Assembly (NCBI GenBank): GCA_030704615.1
Contig: CM060734.1
Span: forward strand, 744,001-808,000
Length of the DNA: 64,000 bases
Direction of reading: 5' to 3'
From: Takakia lepidozioides
Taxonomy: Eukaryota; Plantae; Bryophyta
The position numbers and the translations under genes were made by a program. The notes beneath the pieces are model-generated. The model was not told where the DNA came from. It worked only from the letters and a program-made list of their open reading frames with translations, and did not search any database. This document shows positions 47,323-59,311 of this stretch, in pieces (position 1 is the stretch's first letter; each line of letters opens with the position of its first letter).

Positions 47323-50300
47323 GAGCGTGCTGTTCCTCTTTAGGGTTGCTGTGAGGGATAGAGAGGCAATGGGAGAAGTAAAGAGGCTTTAGACAATGTA
47401 ATGTAAGAACCTTAGCTGTGGTGCAAGTGCTTCATCCCTACTTTTGTGTTGTTTTCTGACGGCCCAATCAAAATTCAGCCAATGCTGCTGAGTATCACTC
47501 TTTGAGGGATCGTGAGAGGCCTGCAGGCAGCTGTGTCCATTTAGAAGGAATTAGGGACAGGAAATACTTCCCCTTCTGAGGATAGAGTTCTTCTAGTACA
47601 CTGTTTGGCAGGGAGTTTTGTCCAACAGATGTATTAGTGTGAGACTGCCTTGAAGAATCGGGATTCATTCGTCTTCTACAGCATTCAGCAGGTTTGTGCC
47701 GCTTCTGCCATGTCCCTAAGACATGCAAATAAGGACAGCATTTGGGCCTGGCCAAGATTTGTTGCATTTGTAAATGTTTCCAACAGACTCTCTCCTACTC
47801 TGTTCAGCGGGTGCAGGGTGTAGGGGTCAAATCTGCAGCAAGCCTAGTCTTGTGAGTACATATCTTGCCCCTTATTTAATCCAAAAGCCACAGATGGGTG
47901 CTGTTGCTAAGGATATGAAATGTTGTCAGGTGTGCAAGAAGTTGGTTAAGATGAGGATTTCATCTGGTGACTCCAGTTCCTTAGTGACCATAAACTCTGG
48001 GCTGAATCAAGACTGCGCAGTCAAGCCATGTTTGATGAACTAGAGCTGTGAAGTCAGGATGCTGCTGGAGGATCTGGAATTGAAGTTCACGGAGCTGGAA
48101 TGATGTTCTGTACTAGGGACCACAGGACTACAGGCTGAGACTGATGTAAATGTGTTGAAGAAACGAAGGTTGAGGCATTGTGCATAACCAGGTGATTCTG
48201 GATTCAACGCTTTACTTGACTATGCTGGAGACTGACTCTCAAAGATGAGTTTGGGGTTGGTCTAAAGGGTTGTCCAATTTTAGTTAACAGTGGCTTCACA
48301 TATCCATCAATGTCTATGCCCAAAATGGGGTGCCTTTTACAATTTTGATAGGGAATAGATGCCCTTTCTAATTTACGTAACTTCAAATTGCAGGTGGGTC
48401 TCTCAAGGTGTGACTACCAGGAACTTGTTGGCTTCTGAAAGCTGTTATAAATGGCCAGTGGCAGACAAATTTCTCTGCTTTCTAGTTGCTTCACACCAAT
48501 TGGCAAGTTGGTTTGGTAATGCAAAGTTTCTGTAGCCAGGAGAGCCTGCTTTGAATCCTGCATATCCCCTCAGTGTCTGGGACACACTGCCGAGGGTGGG
48601 CTTGATTGTCAGGGTACCCACTTGTCATGCGATTTGAAAGTGGAAATGTGACAAGCTTCCCGGCCTCCCAGTTTATCAAGTTATGAGCAGGTGGGCATGG
48701 GCTTGCTTGTGACCTGACATTTGTTGTTGCCCATAAGCAAGAGGAAGGGAGTCCTTTTGAGGGACAGGAGGTTCTTTTTCTGGCTGATGCAACACCACAT
48801 CTTTAATTTAAACGGATGTTGCATGTGTCATGAACTTTTTGCAGCGCATTACATGCCACAATCTTTTGACTGCAGTAGTTATGATCAAATGAGACTACAG
48901 AGGGGTTCATCATTATGCGAGTTATTACATCTGCGACCGATGCAGCTGATTTCCGAGAATGAATATCAGTACCATCTTTGTACTGAGGACCTCTCTCAAA
49001 CCATTGACTTGGGTACCCGTGAAAGGAAGGGGGGAGAGGAGCTCAAGCTCTTTGTTGCAAGGCCTTTGAGCCATTATTTGCAATCGTAAGATTCCCAAAC
49101 AGAACTTTACATCCTTGCGCTTTCGTCACAAAGTCAGATTGAGCACGGCAACAGGGGTGGAAACACCTGAATGAGAGACAGCAGCATAATTGAAGAAACC
49201 ATGATGAAAGACCGCTAATGCCTATATTAATACCAATAATTGACATATTAAGATGCGAGTCATACGCTGTAGCAAAGTGGTCCGCCTACGGACATCATCA
49301 ATAATCCTAAACACATCGGTCCCCTGTGAGCTATTACTAAGGCGCTGAATTGATGACTCTGATGACTAATCCGTTTGGAAGCGGCTTGAGAATAGGATTC
49401 TGACATTGATCGCTTGCATCAAACATTAACGGATCACCATTGAATGCGAGGAGAATGCTAAGTTCGTTGCTAACGGTAAGATAAAAAGGGAAGGAATTCG
49501 AATTTTGGAATAGGCAGGAGCAGCATCTCAACTGTCAAATGGGCTGAAGTCTTGGCTCGTTCGATCGTGCCGTCACGCCACGTTGAGCACCGCCACATCC
49601 CCCCCATGGCTTTAGGGTTTGTGGGTGCCTTCTCCATTTTTGGTTCATTTTTTCCTTGGGTTTTGTACCATGTGAGATATGTACGCAGCTTTTGTACTTT
49701 GATGTCAGCGTCTCGGTGTTTGTCAGGTACCTGTTGATCGATCACATGTACTTCACGAGTCCGCTTGAACATCTTTTCATACCGAATATGACTGGAACTT
49801 GGGCACGCCCATTTCTCCTACATGTTTGCAACATGTCATGTTGGGGCGTGAAGACATCGGCACCCTGCACATCTTTGCTGCTTCCGAAGGCCGGCATTCA
49901 GGCAACGTTCTGCAGACGATATTGAGGTTGTTGACATGTGACTAAGGGCCAGGTTCCATGGGCACTCCCAATCGCCTCCTAAGGAATCGCCCCCCAGATG
50001 GAATTGCCCCTCCAAAACATGATGGGGTGGTTCCGTGGAGACCCTTGTAATCGCCCCTCCTTAAATCAACGATCCTCCGTAAGGCTACTCCACAGGAACG
50101 AAAAACAAAAGTATTTTGACAAGGCCAGCAAAATTCGATCGTCCCTTCCATCGTCCCTTCCTAAAGGGACGTGATTTTTGGGTCCACACAGAAAGGCGAT
50201 TTGCTGGGTACAGAATACAAAAAAGGTCTATGCTCTTTCGTAAAAACCTGCTCTAGATTTTCCTTTGTACTTTTTAGGGCATTTTGAAGCAGAAGTCCCC

Positions 50301-50904
50301 AGGAGGCACAAGTGGCATGAAACCAGTCGTCCCATTGGGGGTGGGAGCAAGGAACGGGTGGTTCCAATTCTGGAACCTCGTTGCCAGTGGAACGCAATCT
50401 TGTCCCTTGGATGACATATCATCTAGGGTTGATGTGAAGCCAGCTAGTCAGAGGGTGGAACCAGGTGAGCAAATTTTTACGCAGCGGAAAGTTCCTGCCC
50501 TCCGACTTCCCACAATTTGCGGGTATGGCCTGGGGCTCCCGCCCTCGGGCCCACCCTTAAACAGCGGAAAGTAAAAAATCCATGGCCCAGGTTTTGTATG
50601 AGAGGAATCTTGCTAGCCTTGCTGAAAAGCGGTTGCGGAGGAAAGAAGCAAGGTACAGTCGTTATCAATCCTGAGGTTTTTTATGGTGTTGCATGTTTAA
50701 CCCCTAATGGACGAGGCGACCCGTTTCGGGTCGCGTCAGGGTGGCTACAGAATTCATCCAGGATGTAACTTCGTCGGATGACCTTGGATGAAAAAAAATT
50801 TGAACGAAAGTTGTGCGCCTTGATGTCATGCACCTCCCTGACTTTATGGCACCCTAAAATAATAAATAGAATCTGATATATTTTTAGATATTGGAATTGT
50901 GAGA

Positions 50905-51901
50905 ATCTGTGAAGCCCGGCCACATCATGTTTGTGTGCATTTGCAACTTGTGCAAGCCTGGCAGCCCTGGAGAAGGGCAAAGAGGTGCATGGATATATCA
51001 TCAAAACTGGAATTGTACCAAATGTCAATCTGAACACTGCCCTGGCAGCTCTGGAAAAGGGGAAAGAGGTGCATGGTGACATCTTCAGAGCTGGAATTGT
51101 ACCAGATGTCATTTTGAATAAGACCCTGGTGGACATGTTTGCCAAATGTGGGTGCATTGAGGATGCAAAGGGAGTGTTCAACACTATGGCTGAACGAGAT
51201 GTGGTGTTGTGGAGTGCGATGCTTGCAGGGTATGCACAGCAGAGACATGGGATGGAGATGGTTGAACATGCAGCAGCCTCCATTCTCAGGTGGGATGAAC
51301 AGGGTGTCGCAACTTACGTGTTGCTATCAAACATCTATGCTGCAGCTGGCAGGTGGGATGATACTTCAAGGGTGAGAAAATAATGAAGGTCATATCAGGG
51401 GTTAGGAAGGAGCCAGGTCGCTGCTGCTGCCTGCATTGAGGTTGGCAACAGCATGCACACCTTTGTTGTAGATGACAAATTGCAATCCAAAATTGAAGAA
51501 GTCCATGCTGAGCTCAGAAGACTGTCTGCTGCAGATGAAGGAGGCGGGGTATGTGCCTAACAGACGATTTGTGTTGCATGATGTGGGGGAGGAGAAAAAG
51601 AAATTTTCTTTTTGCCACCACAGTGAGAAGCTAGCCTCTGGTTTTGGGCTGATCAGCACGACCCCTGGGATGCCTCTCCGTCTCACCAAGAATCTACGGT
51701 TGTGTGGTGACTGATGGTTTTGGGCTGATCAGCACGGCCCCTGGGATGCCTCTCCGTCTGATGAAGAATCTCCGGGTGTGTGAAGACTGCCACACCGCCA
51801 CCAAGCTCATCTCAAAGACTGTTGGCTGAACAATTGTGGTACGGGACTCAAACCGCTTTCATCACCTTGAAGATGGGGTTTGTTCTTGTGGGGAATACTG
51901 G
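50905..51901 (+). pseudogene. PLS-class PPR-E-DYW RNA-editing factor pseudogene
   Basis: PPR units, YVLLSNIYAAAGRWDD, PG box, [29 protein letters not shown]. Internal deletions, frameshifts and a ~75-bp tandem duplication (51639-51790). Confidence 0.92.
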
Positions 51902-51954
51902 TTTTCTGGAAAGGTTTAAGTGTCTTGACGTGACCAATGTATATGGGGATTTAG

Positions 51955-52027
51955 GTGGCACACGCATGTATTTGGTACTGGGGTATGCAGGTAAAGGTGA
52001 GCTGTACAAGGAGCTGCAGCGATGAGG
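51955..52027 (+). pseudogene. Aurora kinase exon fragment
   Basis: TRMYLVLGYAGKGELYKELQR resembles Aurora RVYLILEYAAKGELYKELQ. Followed by a GTATG donor-like site. Confidence 0.65.
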
Positions 52028-52579
52028 TATGCCTTGTATTTGTTTTCTTTTGCCTGTAGCTTAGAAAGATTGCACCCCTGCACTCTCGTGTCATGAGTGG
52101 CATTTGGGTTCATGTTGTCTTGTAAGCTGGTAGACAGCACCTGATAACTGGGTGGGTGCAGGGTTCATCAACTTGAATCACGCCTAATAGCATTCCACAC
52201 TCAATCCGGCAGTGAGTCTGGACTGCTTTTCTCCACTTCTATGTTGCCTCCATACAGAAGAGGAGAATAACAGTGCAGACACAATCGGAGATGAGACAAT
52301 CTTCCTCTCAAATGCGGAGCGCGAATCCCAGATGCGGAGCTCAAACTGTTTAGGGAACGACGAGCCCTTTGCCTTAGCATATTTCATGTTTGGTAATGAT
52401 CTGTTCAAGGACGATAGTGTTTCGAGGGGTGCATGTAAAGCTTGCGACATGTAAGCCAGATAGCATGAGATGTCGGCAGCTGCCTCGCAATAGGCTTTGA
52501 GGGAGACATGTGGTTCAGCAATTAAGCATGGGTGGATGGGCAACTGCAGGAAGCAGCAGCAGCAGCAGAGTTGTCAAAA

Positions 52580-52740
52580 TCCGGCACTTTCTTCTTCAAC
52601 ACATGTCATCCACTTGTTGTCATGGTGTGGTGGAGTGCAATGATTGCAGGATATGCCCAGCATGGTTGTCACAGGAAGGCCCTGCATCTCTTTGAAAGAA
52701 TTAACAAAAAGGCTTGAAGCCAGACAATATCACCTTTTAA
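52580..52740 (+). pseudogene. Single PPR motif fragment
   Basis: WSAMIAGYAQHGCHRKALHLFE. Confidence 0.75.
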
Positions 52741-53449
52741 ATGTGAACATCAAGGTGTTACTCCGGCAGCGGCTGCATGTTGGACCTTCTTGGACGCGTG
52801 GGCCGGCAATTTGCCAAGGCATAGGACCTCTTTCAATAGTTATTTTGTGTGCAGATCTCGTAGCGTTAAGATGCAGGCACCTAAGAGTCTTGCAACGACT
52901 TATATTAGAATTCAGCTTGTGTGGTGTGATCAAAAACTTGAAAATTCAAAATGTATATTCTACACCAGTACAATTTGGCATTCTTAGGCCATTTCATAAT
53001 CAATGTGCCCCATTGTGTTGCCTGGGATTGGAGCTATTGAGTAACATAACTGTGCCGCTCTATTGCACTTGGTAAACCCATTGTTTGAGGTAGTTGTTTT
53101 GTGTGCAGATCTGGCAAGACACGCAAGTTTTCATGGCAAAATCAGCAGAAAATAATGTGGGGGTAGAATGCAACACCACGGACATTGTTCAAAAAACTCT
53201 ATGTACACTTTCTGGAGTGTTCATCCAAGTCATTCCCGACATAGGTTGAACATGTTGACCATTACTTTCAATAAAACCACATTCTACATTTTTTTCGCTT
53301 GCAATACCTTAAGTAGGGCAGCAGGAAGTGATTGGTGGTGGTGGATCCACACATGGAAAATGTGTCTGTAGTACTAAAATATATATTCTCAGGGCCTTCC
53401 TCCCGAGCCGCTCAATGTCGAAAGCCACTCGATGGCTGATACAGACATC

Positions 53450-56400
53450 ATAATCCCATGGGGGAATTGGAGTAAGGGGTGTTGTTGAGCAGGTGACTTT
53501 TGTTCCATGAGAATTAGGATAGTGGCAGAGGAGGGGGAGGAACGGGCAACAAGGCGAGCCCATTGGAGGGCTTCATGTGTGAGGTGTCCAGGTGGCGGGT
53601 GGGCAAGGCCATGACCTGACCATGTGTGTTGAGTCGCGGTGCCTTTAGCCCCGGAGACACATTCTCTAGGGTATGGGCTGTCATAGGAAGAGAGTTCAAG
53701 AGGACATGTGAGTGGACTTGAGTAGTAGGTGTGAGTGACTTGAAATGAAGTGATAAGAAATTTGAGGATATTCGATATCTGGCGACTAGCCAGCATACTT
53801 CAGTGGCGAAGTCTTGCCTAGGGGGTTGAAGCTGGTTAGTGTAGATGGCGGAGGCAGTATATCGCTCCCAGAGCCATGCCATCCTTGTGTGAGAGATTGT
53901 TCCTACAAATTGTCCATGGAGTGTGTATATGTTAGTTACGGAATGGCTTGGGCAGAGGACAAGGTGGATTTGGTCAATGTCTTTGTCAGGGTTACATTCG
54001 GAGATTGTTATCTGTATTTTTGGGGCAGCAAGTGGGGTGTGGATGTATCTGTCATCCCTTGATTGGGTTTGGGATACATGTTGTTGGTGGAGGTGGGTTA
54101 GGTATTTAGTGTTAGTCGAATTGTGGAAATTAGTCAGGAGGGTGAGGTTGTGAACGGGGTCGCAATCTTCATGGTTGCCAAAGAGGTCATCTTCTATTTG
54201 CCATGTGTTATCTTCAATGGGATAGTCGGCCCATTTGGGTAAGTGCAGACTACACTGGCGCAAAAACGGCAGACGTGCCCTCCACTTAAAGTCCATGAGA
54301 AAAACTTTGCTACCATTTTAATTAAGGATATTTGTTCAAGTATATGTTTATCTTCATAGGCAATGGTATACTAATCATATTTAGTAAATGGTCTCATCCC
54401 AAATATTTGAGATATTTTTTATTATATATTTTAAAAATATTTTCCCTTATTTAGAAATAATAGCTATTTATTATTATCTTGTAGTTTATGAAAATTTTCC
54501 ATATAACAATAAGTTCCTAGAGACAACAACAATATATATATTCTTAGCAAAGATCTCCACCCAAATATGAAATTTTCAAAATGCTATGGATAAACCGTCA
54601 TTTTGGGGGTTTTTTTGGTAAAAAAAAATCCATAGTGTCTTGATGGATGGATGGAATTGTTCACAAATTTATATTTGTGTCTATTCAAACATTGTGTATG
54701 TAGTGTAAAGTCCATATATGAATTGGTTTTGCACAAATAGGTTTTTCAAATGGCATTTGGGACAATAGATGGACTATGACAGTCCATTGGAATTCCATGC
54801 AAAAGTCCATAGCTTCATGAGATTTCATCCAAATTCCAAAATAATTATACCCACATGTACATATGGTAAGCAGCTAACCCATTCTAAGTCCATTTGCTAT
54901 GAATATATACTTATGTGTATAGGGTGAAGAATAATATGATAGGCAATCAATCGAAAACTGCAAATTGCAGTCCAAACTAAAGCCACTCTAGTCTGCATCT
55001 ACCCATTTACAGAGATCGTATGTATCGACACATGTGGCGCCAAAGGCGTCCAGTGAAGTTTGGGTTTTGATGCCATGGATAGCCTCAATAACGAAGGCTT
55101 CTGGGTGTTCTGGGTTTGTTGGATAGGAGTTAAGTGTCGGGGCGGTATGATTTGGGAAGCTAGGGGGGGTAGATTGGGATTGAGTAGGTGTGGGGAGTGG
55201 AGGGGAGGTGGTGGGGGTGTGTCATGTGTGGGATGTTCATGCATGTTATGGGAGTTTTTTAGCTGCTGGAGTATTGAGGTGGCTGGAGCTGTTCTGAATT
55301 CGGGGAGGAGGTCTTGCTGGTTGTGTGGGAAGAGTAAACAATGGAATCACAATCCAGGGTACATGAGACCGTTGGGTGGCAAAATAGAGAGCAGAGGTGT
55401 GATAGATATCTACATGTTTTGATGGTGGCTCGAGAATGTCTTTGGGTGAATTGTGTGGGTGTTAAGAGCCGTGTCCCTGTGGCAGTGGTAAGTTGGGTAA
55501 GGCTAGAGATACTACGTTGTTTGAAGTATGCCAAAATGAGTTTTTTCTGTGGTGGGTGGGAGTGTTCAAATTGTGTGTGGGAGGGGCTTTGAAGCCATGC
55601 ACGTTCAAGTGGGGAGATGGTGTTGGGGTAGCTTGGTAGGTCGGTTTGTATACTGATCTTCAGTTGTCTTAGGATAAACAGTGTGCGGGCGGTTGGGGAG
55701 TGAAGGCATGATTGGGGATAGAGGGTGGGAAGGGAATAAAGCCCATTGTATTTACCCGCTAGGTGTTTGAGGAGGCCTCTGAAAATGAGTCCTAAGCGAC
55801 CGGGGTCGTTTAGGGCTTTTGTAATTGTGAACCAAGGGTGCGGGCGTATGAGATGATGAGGGGACTAGAGCCTATGCCATAGCTATCATGTGGGAGTTGG
55901 GTAAGAGCGTTCGGGGTGCTAGTGGGTAGGCCACATATACATTTGGTGAGTTGAACAACATTTTTATCAATTTCTTTGATGTCTGGTAAAGAGAAGGGGG
56001 CGGCATGAAAGGCGTATTGTACTTGGGTTTTGAGGACTGTGTTGATGATGGCAAGCTTGGGGCGGATCTCGAACCCCTATTTCATGACCTCCTCTTTAAT
56101 TTTTTCCAACTCTGCTACCAGCTCCACCGTATACCACACTCTTGGAAGCATAGCAGGACCATATTACTATTAAAAAAAGGTGACCCCATGGACCTTGGTA
56201 ACTACAAACCTATCGCACTAGCTAATACTATATACAAACTATTCACTAGCACCCTGACAACAATGTTGTCTACCTATGGGGAACAACACCGGATCCTCAG
56301 CGACCCACAAGAAGGTTTTTGTGCTACGCGGAGTATCACCAGACAGATACAATATGTCATGTCAGCTCTGGAAGATGCAAAACTGACCGAACAGGACATT

Positions 56401-58571
56401 TATCTTCTCTACATCGACTTCAAAAATGCCTTCTGATCCCTAGACCACCCCCGCCTGCTCGCTGTCATGACAGATTTAGGATACCCTACAGATGCTATCC
56501 AACTCATTGGTAACATCTACACCAACAGCACCACAGAATACGCTGGTTCTTACTATGGTTCCACGCCTCCTATTCCCATCCTTCATGGAACCATTCAAGG
56601 TGACACTCTGAGCCCTTATCTCTTCATCATATTCCTTGAACCCCTGCTCAGATGGCTCGCCAGTAGAAACCTACAAAACCTCCCCTAATGAAATCACTGC
56701 AGCAGCTTATGCTGACGACCTTGCCATACTTGTACACAACCTCAACATCTTAACCGACAGGTGGACAAACTTGTCCGCTTCAACCAATGGTCTGGCATGG
56801 AGCTCAGCCTCCACAAATGTGCGGTCACTGCTGTCATACATTGCAGCAAACTCACAAAATCCACCATAGCCTCCCACTGCAAACTCCACATACATTACCA
56901 ACAAAAACCCTTCCCTTTCTTAGGCCCAGACGAACCCTACACCTATCTTGGCATGCTTGACTTTGCATAAACAAGTGGATGCGTGTTGGCTTGGATGCAG
57001 GCAGTTAGAGACTGTGGGTGTGTATGAAGTCGATGCGTGCGACCATATTTCATCCCGAATGTCACCAGGTTTGGTTAATAGGTGGCCTAGTCTGTGTTTG
57101 AGACAGTCGATGGGGGGGTTAATTGCAGGATTGAAGATAGCTTTGTGGGCTCGTTTAGGGTGTTCATGTAATAGTTTGCCAAAGGAGGCAACACTTTTTT
57201 TGTGATTGGCTGTGGCCTTTTCTTTTGTGATAAGGTATGTCGGTTTTTTTGCATTACGACCGATTTTGGATAGGGAGGCAAGCCATTGGGGAAGGGAGGG
57301 GGTGTCCATGGGTGGAGGTAGGAGCGGTTGGCATATTTCTAATGTATTTAAACAGGTTATGCGCTCCAGTTGTTATATGTCGGGGGTGGGGAGCGGGGTA
57401 TGACGGCAAGGGCCCGTCGGATGGTGTGGTAGATATTGAGGTGGGAGGACCATGCCCGTTTCTGGGTCCTAGTGAGATATCCGCCGTTTTGCTTTGAGCG
57501 GGCGGTTTGTGGGAGGTCTAGAGGAGCTGAGCATATGGCTAAGACACTTTTGGTCATGTCTAGCATTGTAGATGAGAGGATAATCTCAGCCTCGGTCCAT
57601 GCGGCCTCGGGAGATAAGAGTGTATTAGTGTCTGAGAGGGTAGAGGAGATTTTATGTATGAAGATAGAGGAGGCGGTGTGGAAGTGTTCTTGGAAGGCCT
57701 TGAGATTGTTAAGTAGGATGGGTGATAGAATTCTGGGTTGAGGGGGTGGGGTGTGTACATCCGGGAGGGGTCGGAAGGGGATAAGAGATGGGGGAATAGA
57801 GATAGAGATCGGGTAGTGATCGGAATTGCATAGACTATTGATATGGACATGGTTGTGAAGATATGTGGGGATTTCATTACTAGATCTGAGGTAAAAGCCA
57901 TCAAGCAAGCTTATGGAGGAGTAGTGGAGACCCCCTTGTCGGGAGTAGTGATAATCGGTGGGGATATATTTGAGCTTTAAAGACTGAGTGAATTTGGCCC
58001 AGTCGTGATCTGGGTCCGAAGGTGATTTGTGAACACCATTATATGAGTGACCTAACAGTGCAATGTCCCTGTTAAAGTCCCCTGCTAGGATGACGTGATG
58101 GTGCTGGTGGTCTGGGTGGGTGACTGTCTGGGAAATACTATGTAGTATTTCCGGTATGAGGGGAGGTCATTTGTATGAGAGGGCATATATAAATGTATAA
58201 GGGTAATGGGGCATAGTGCTGGTGGGTGTAGTTGGATAATTTGTAGGTGTGAGCGGATAGGGATAGGGACGGTGATTTTGGTAGTGGTGCTAGGAGAATG
58301 GTGTGTGCGGAGGATGCCCAGTGCAACGCCGCCCCTAATGGGCTTATAGGGTGCGGAGCGGCGTAGGAGACATTGTTGAGTAGTTAGAGGGTTACCGTAA
58401 AATAGATGATAGTTGGGAAGTAGTTTGTTTAAGTAAGAACTGCTAGTGTTATTGGTGTGGAGTTTGGTTTCCTGCAGGAGGAAGACATGTGGTTGTGCTG
58501 TGTTAGAGAAGAGGTGAAGCAGGCTTTGGATACTAGTGGCTAAGGCGCCCACGTTCCATAATGTGATGGTG
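53450..58571 (-). mobile_element. Non-LTR retrotransposon (APE-RT with long C-terminal extension: chromodomain and PCIF1-like domain); RT core inverted, nested TIR element, 5' end interrupted by a gypsy element
   Basis: APE: TLWNVGAL, LLQETKLH, GDFN (~58075), LDGFY, SDHYPI. RT on the + strand 56068-56955 (NYKPIALANTIYKLF, YIDFKNAF, GTIQGDTLSPYLF, YADD, YTYLG). Post-RT domain resumes on the - strand from ~56065. Confidence 0.9.
54237..55004. mobile_element. Non-autonomous TIR element (768 bp) with 4-bp TSD, Sola-like
   Basis: TIRs GGGTAAGTGCAGACTACACTGG / CCACTCTAGTCTGCATCTACCC. TSD ATTT at 54233-54236 and 55005-55008. Excision restores the LINE reading frame. Superfamily call is tentative. 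Confidence 0.85.
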
Positions 58572-59297
58572 TGTCGCGGCCCTTTGCCTTGAGGGCAGGG
58601 GGTCGGGACACATGAGGGGCTGCCCCTGTGGTGGGGGCAGTGGCAGCGATAGGTACGGGGGGCTGAAGCACCCTTGAGTGCCCAAGGCACTCAAGGAGGC
58701 GGAGGTGCTCACTAGGTGGAGCCCCGCACACCGGGATGCGGTGGGGGTGGCTTCACAAAGGGGTGGTGGTAGCTTAGCGGGACTTAGTGGGGGTGGCATA
58801 GGACTCACCTTGGGGCGGAGACCTCGTGGTGGGAGTCGTGGGGAGTCTTGGGACTCATCACGGTCCATAGGGGCCGTGGTGGATGGGCCAAGTCTCACCG
58901 CGACTCATCACCGGGAGTCGAGGGTTTTCGTGGTGGTTCGCCATAAAATGGCATGGTTGTTTGTGAAACCCCCGCGGACAGCTACAGAAGTATATATAGG
59001 GAGTAGTAACCCCGAGAACGGTGCAAGCCCGTTGGTGACCAAAAACTAGTGAGTAAGCGAGCGAGCCGGAAAGCGACCAAAGAGTGGGGAGCTGTTCCGG
59101 ACTGCCAACTACCAAGGGAATTCCCGCTGGGCCCAAATCGGTGGAGGGTTCTTTGGGAGATCAAAGGGGGACCGTTATGCCCCGGTGAGTAGCCGAAGCT
59201 CCAAGTTGGCCCGGCGGCCAGGTTGGGAGTTAGGCGCGCGCATCAAAGCGAGTAACTATGACTTGAAGGGGAGCTTACCGAAGTGAGGTGCGCGACA
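58572..59297 (+). repeat. 5' LTR (726 bp)
   Basis: TGTCGCG...CGCGACA termini; matches the sequence from 63595. Confidence 0.95.
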
Positions 59298-59299
59298 CT

Positions 59300-59311
59300 T
59301 GGTATCAGAGC
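59300..59311 (+). promoter_or_regulatory. Primer-binding site, tRNA-iMet
   Basis: TGGTATCAGAGC, 2 nt after the LTR. Confidence 0.93.

Noticed and set aside
47495-49250. Short ORFs downstream of the ARM gene
   Set aside because: No motifs; likely 3' UTR, intron or intergenic sequence.
58533-58898. Pro/Cys-rich ORFs appearing to extend the LINE endonuclease N-terminally
   Set aside because: They are antisense read-through into the gypsy LTR; the same ORFs recur at 63432-63798.
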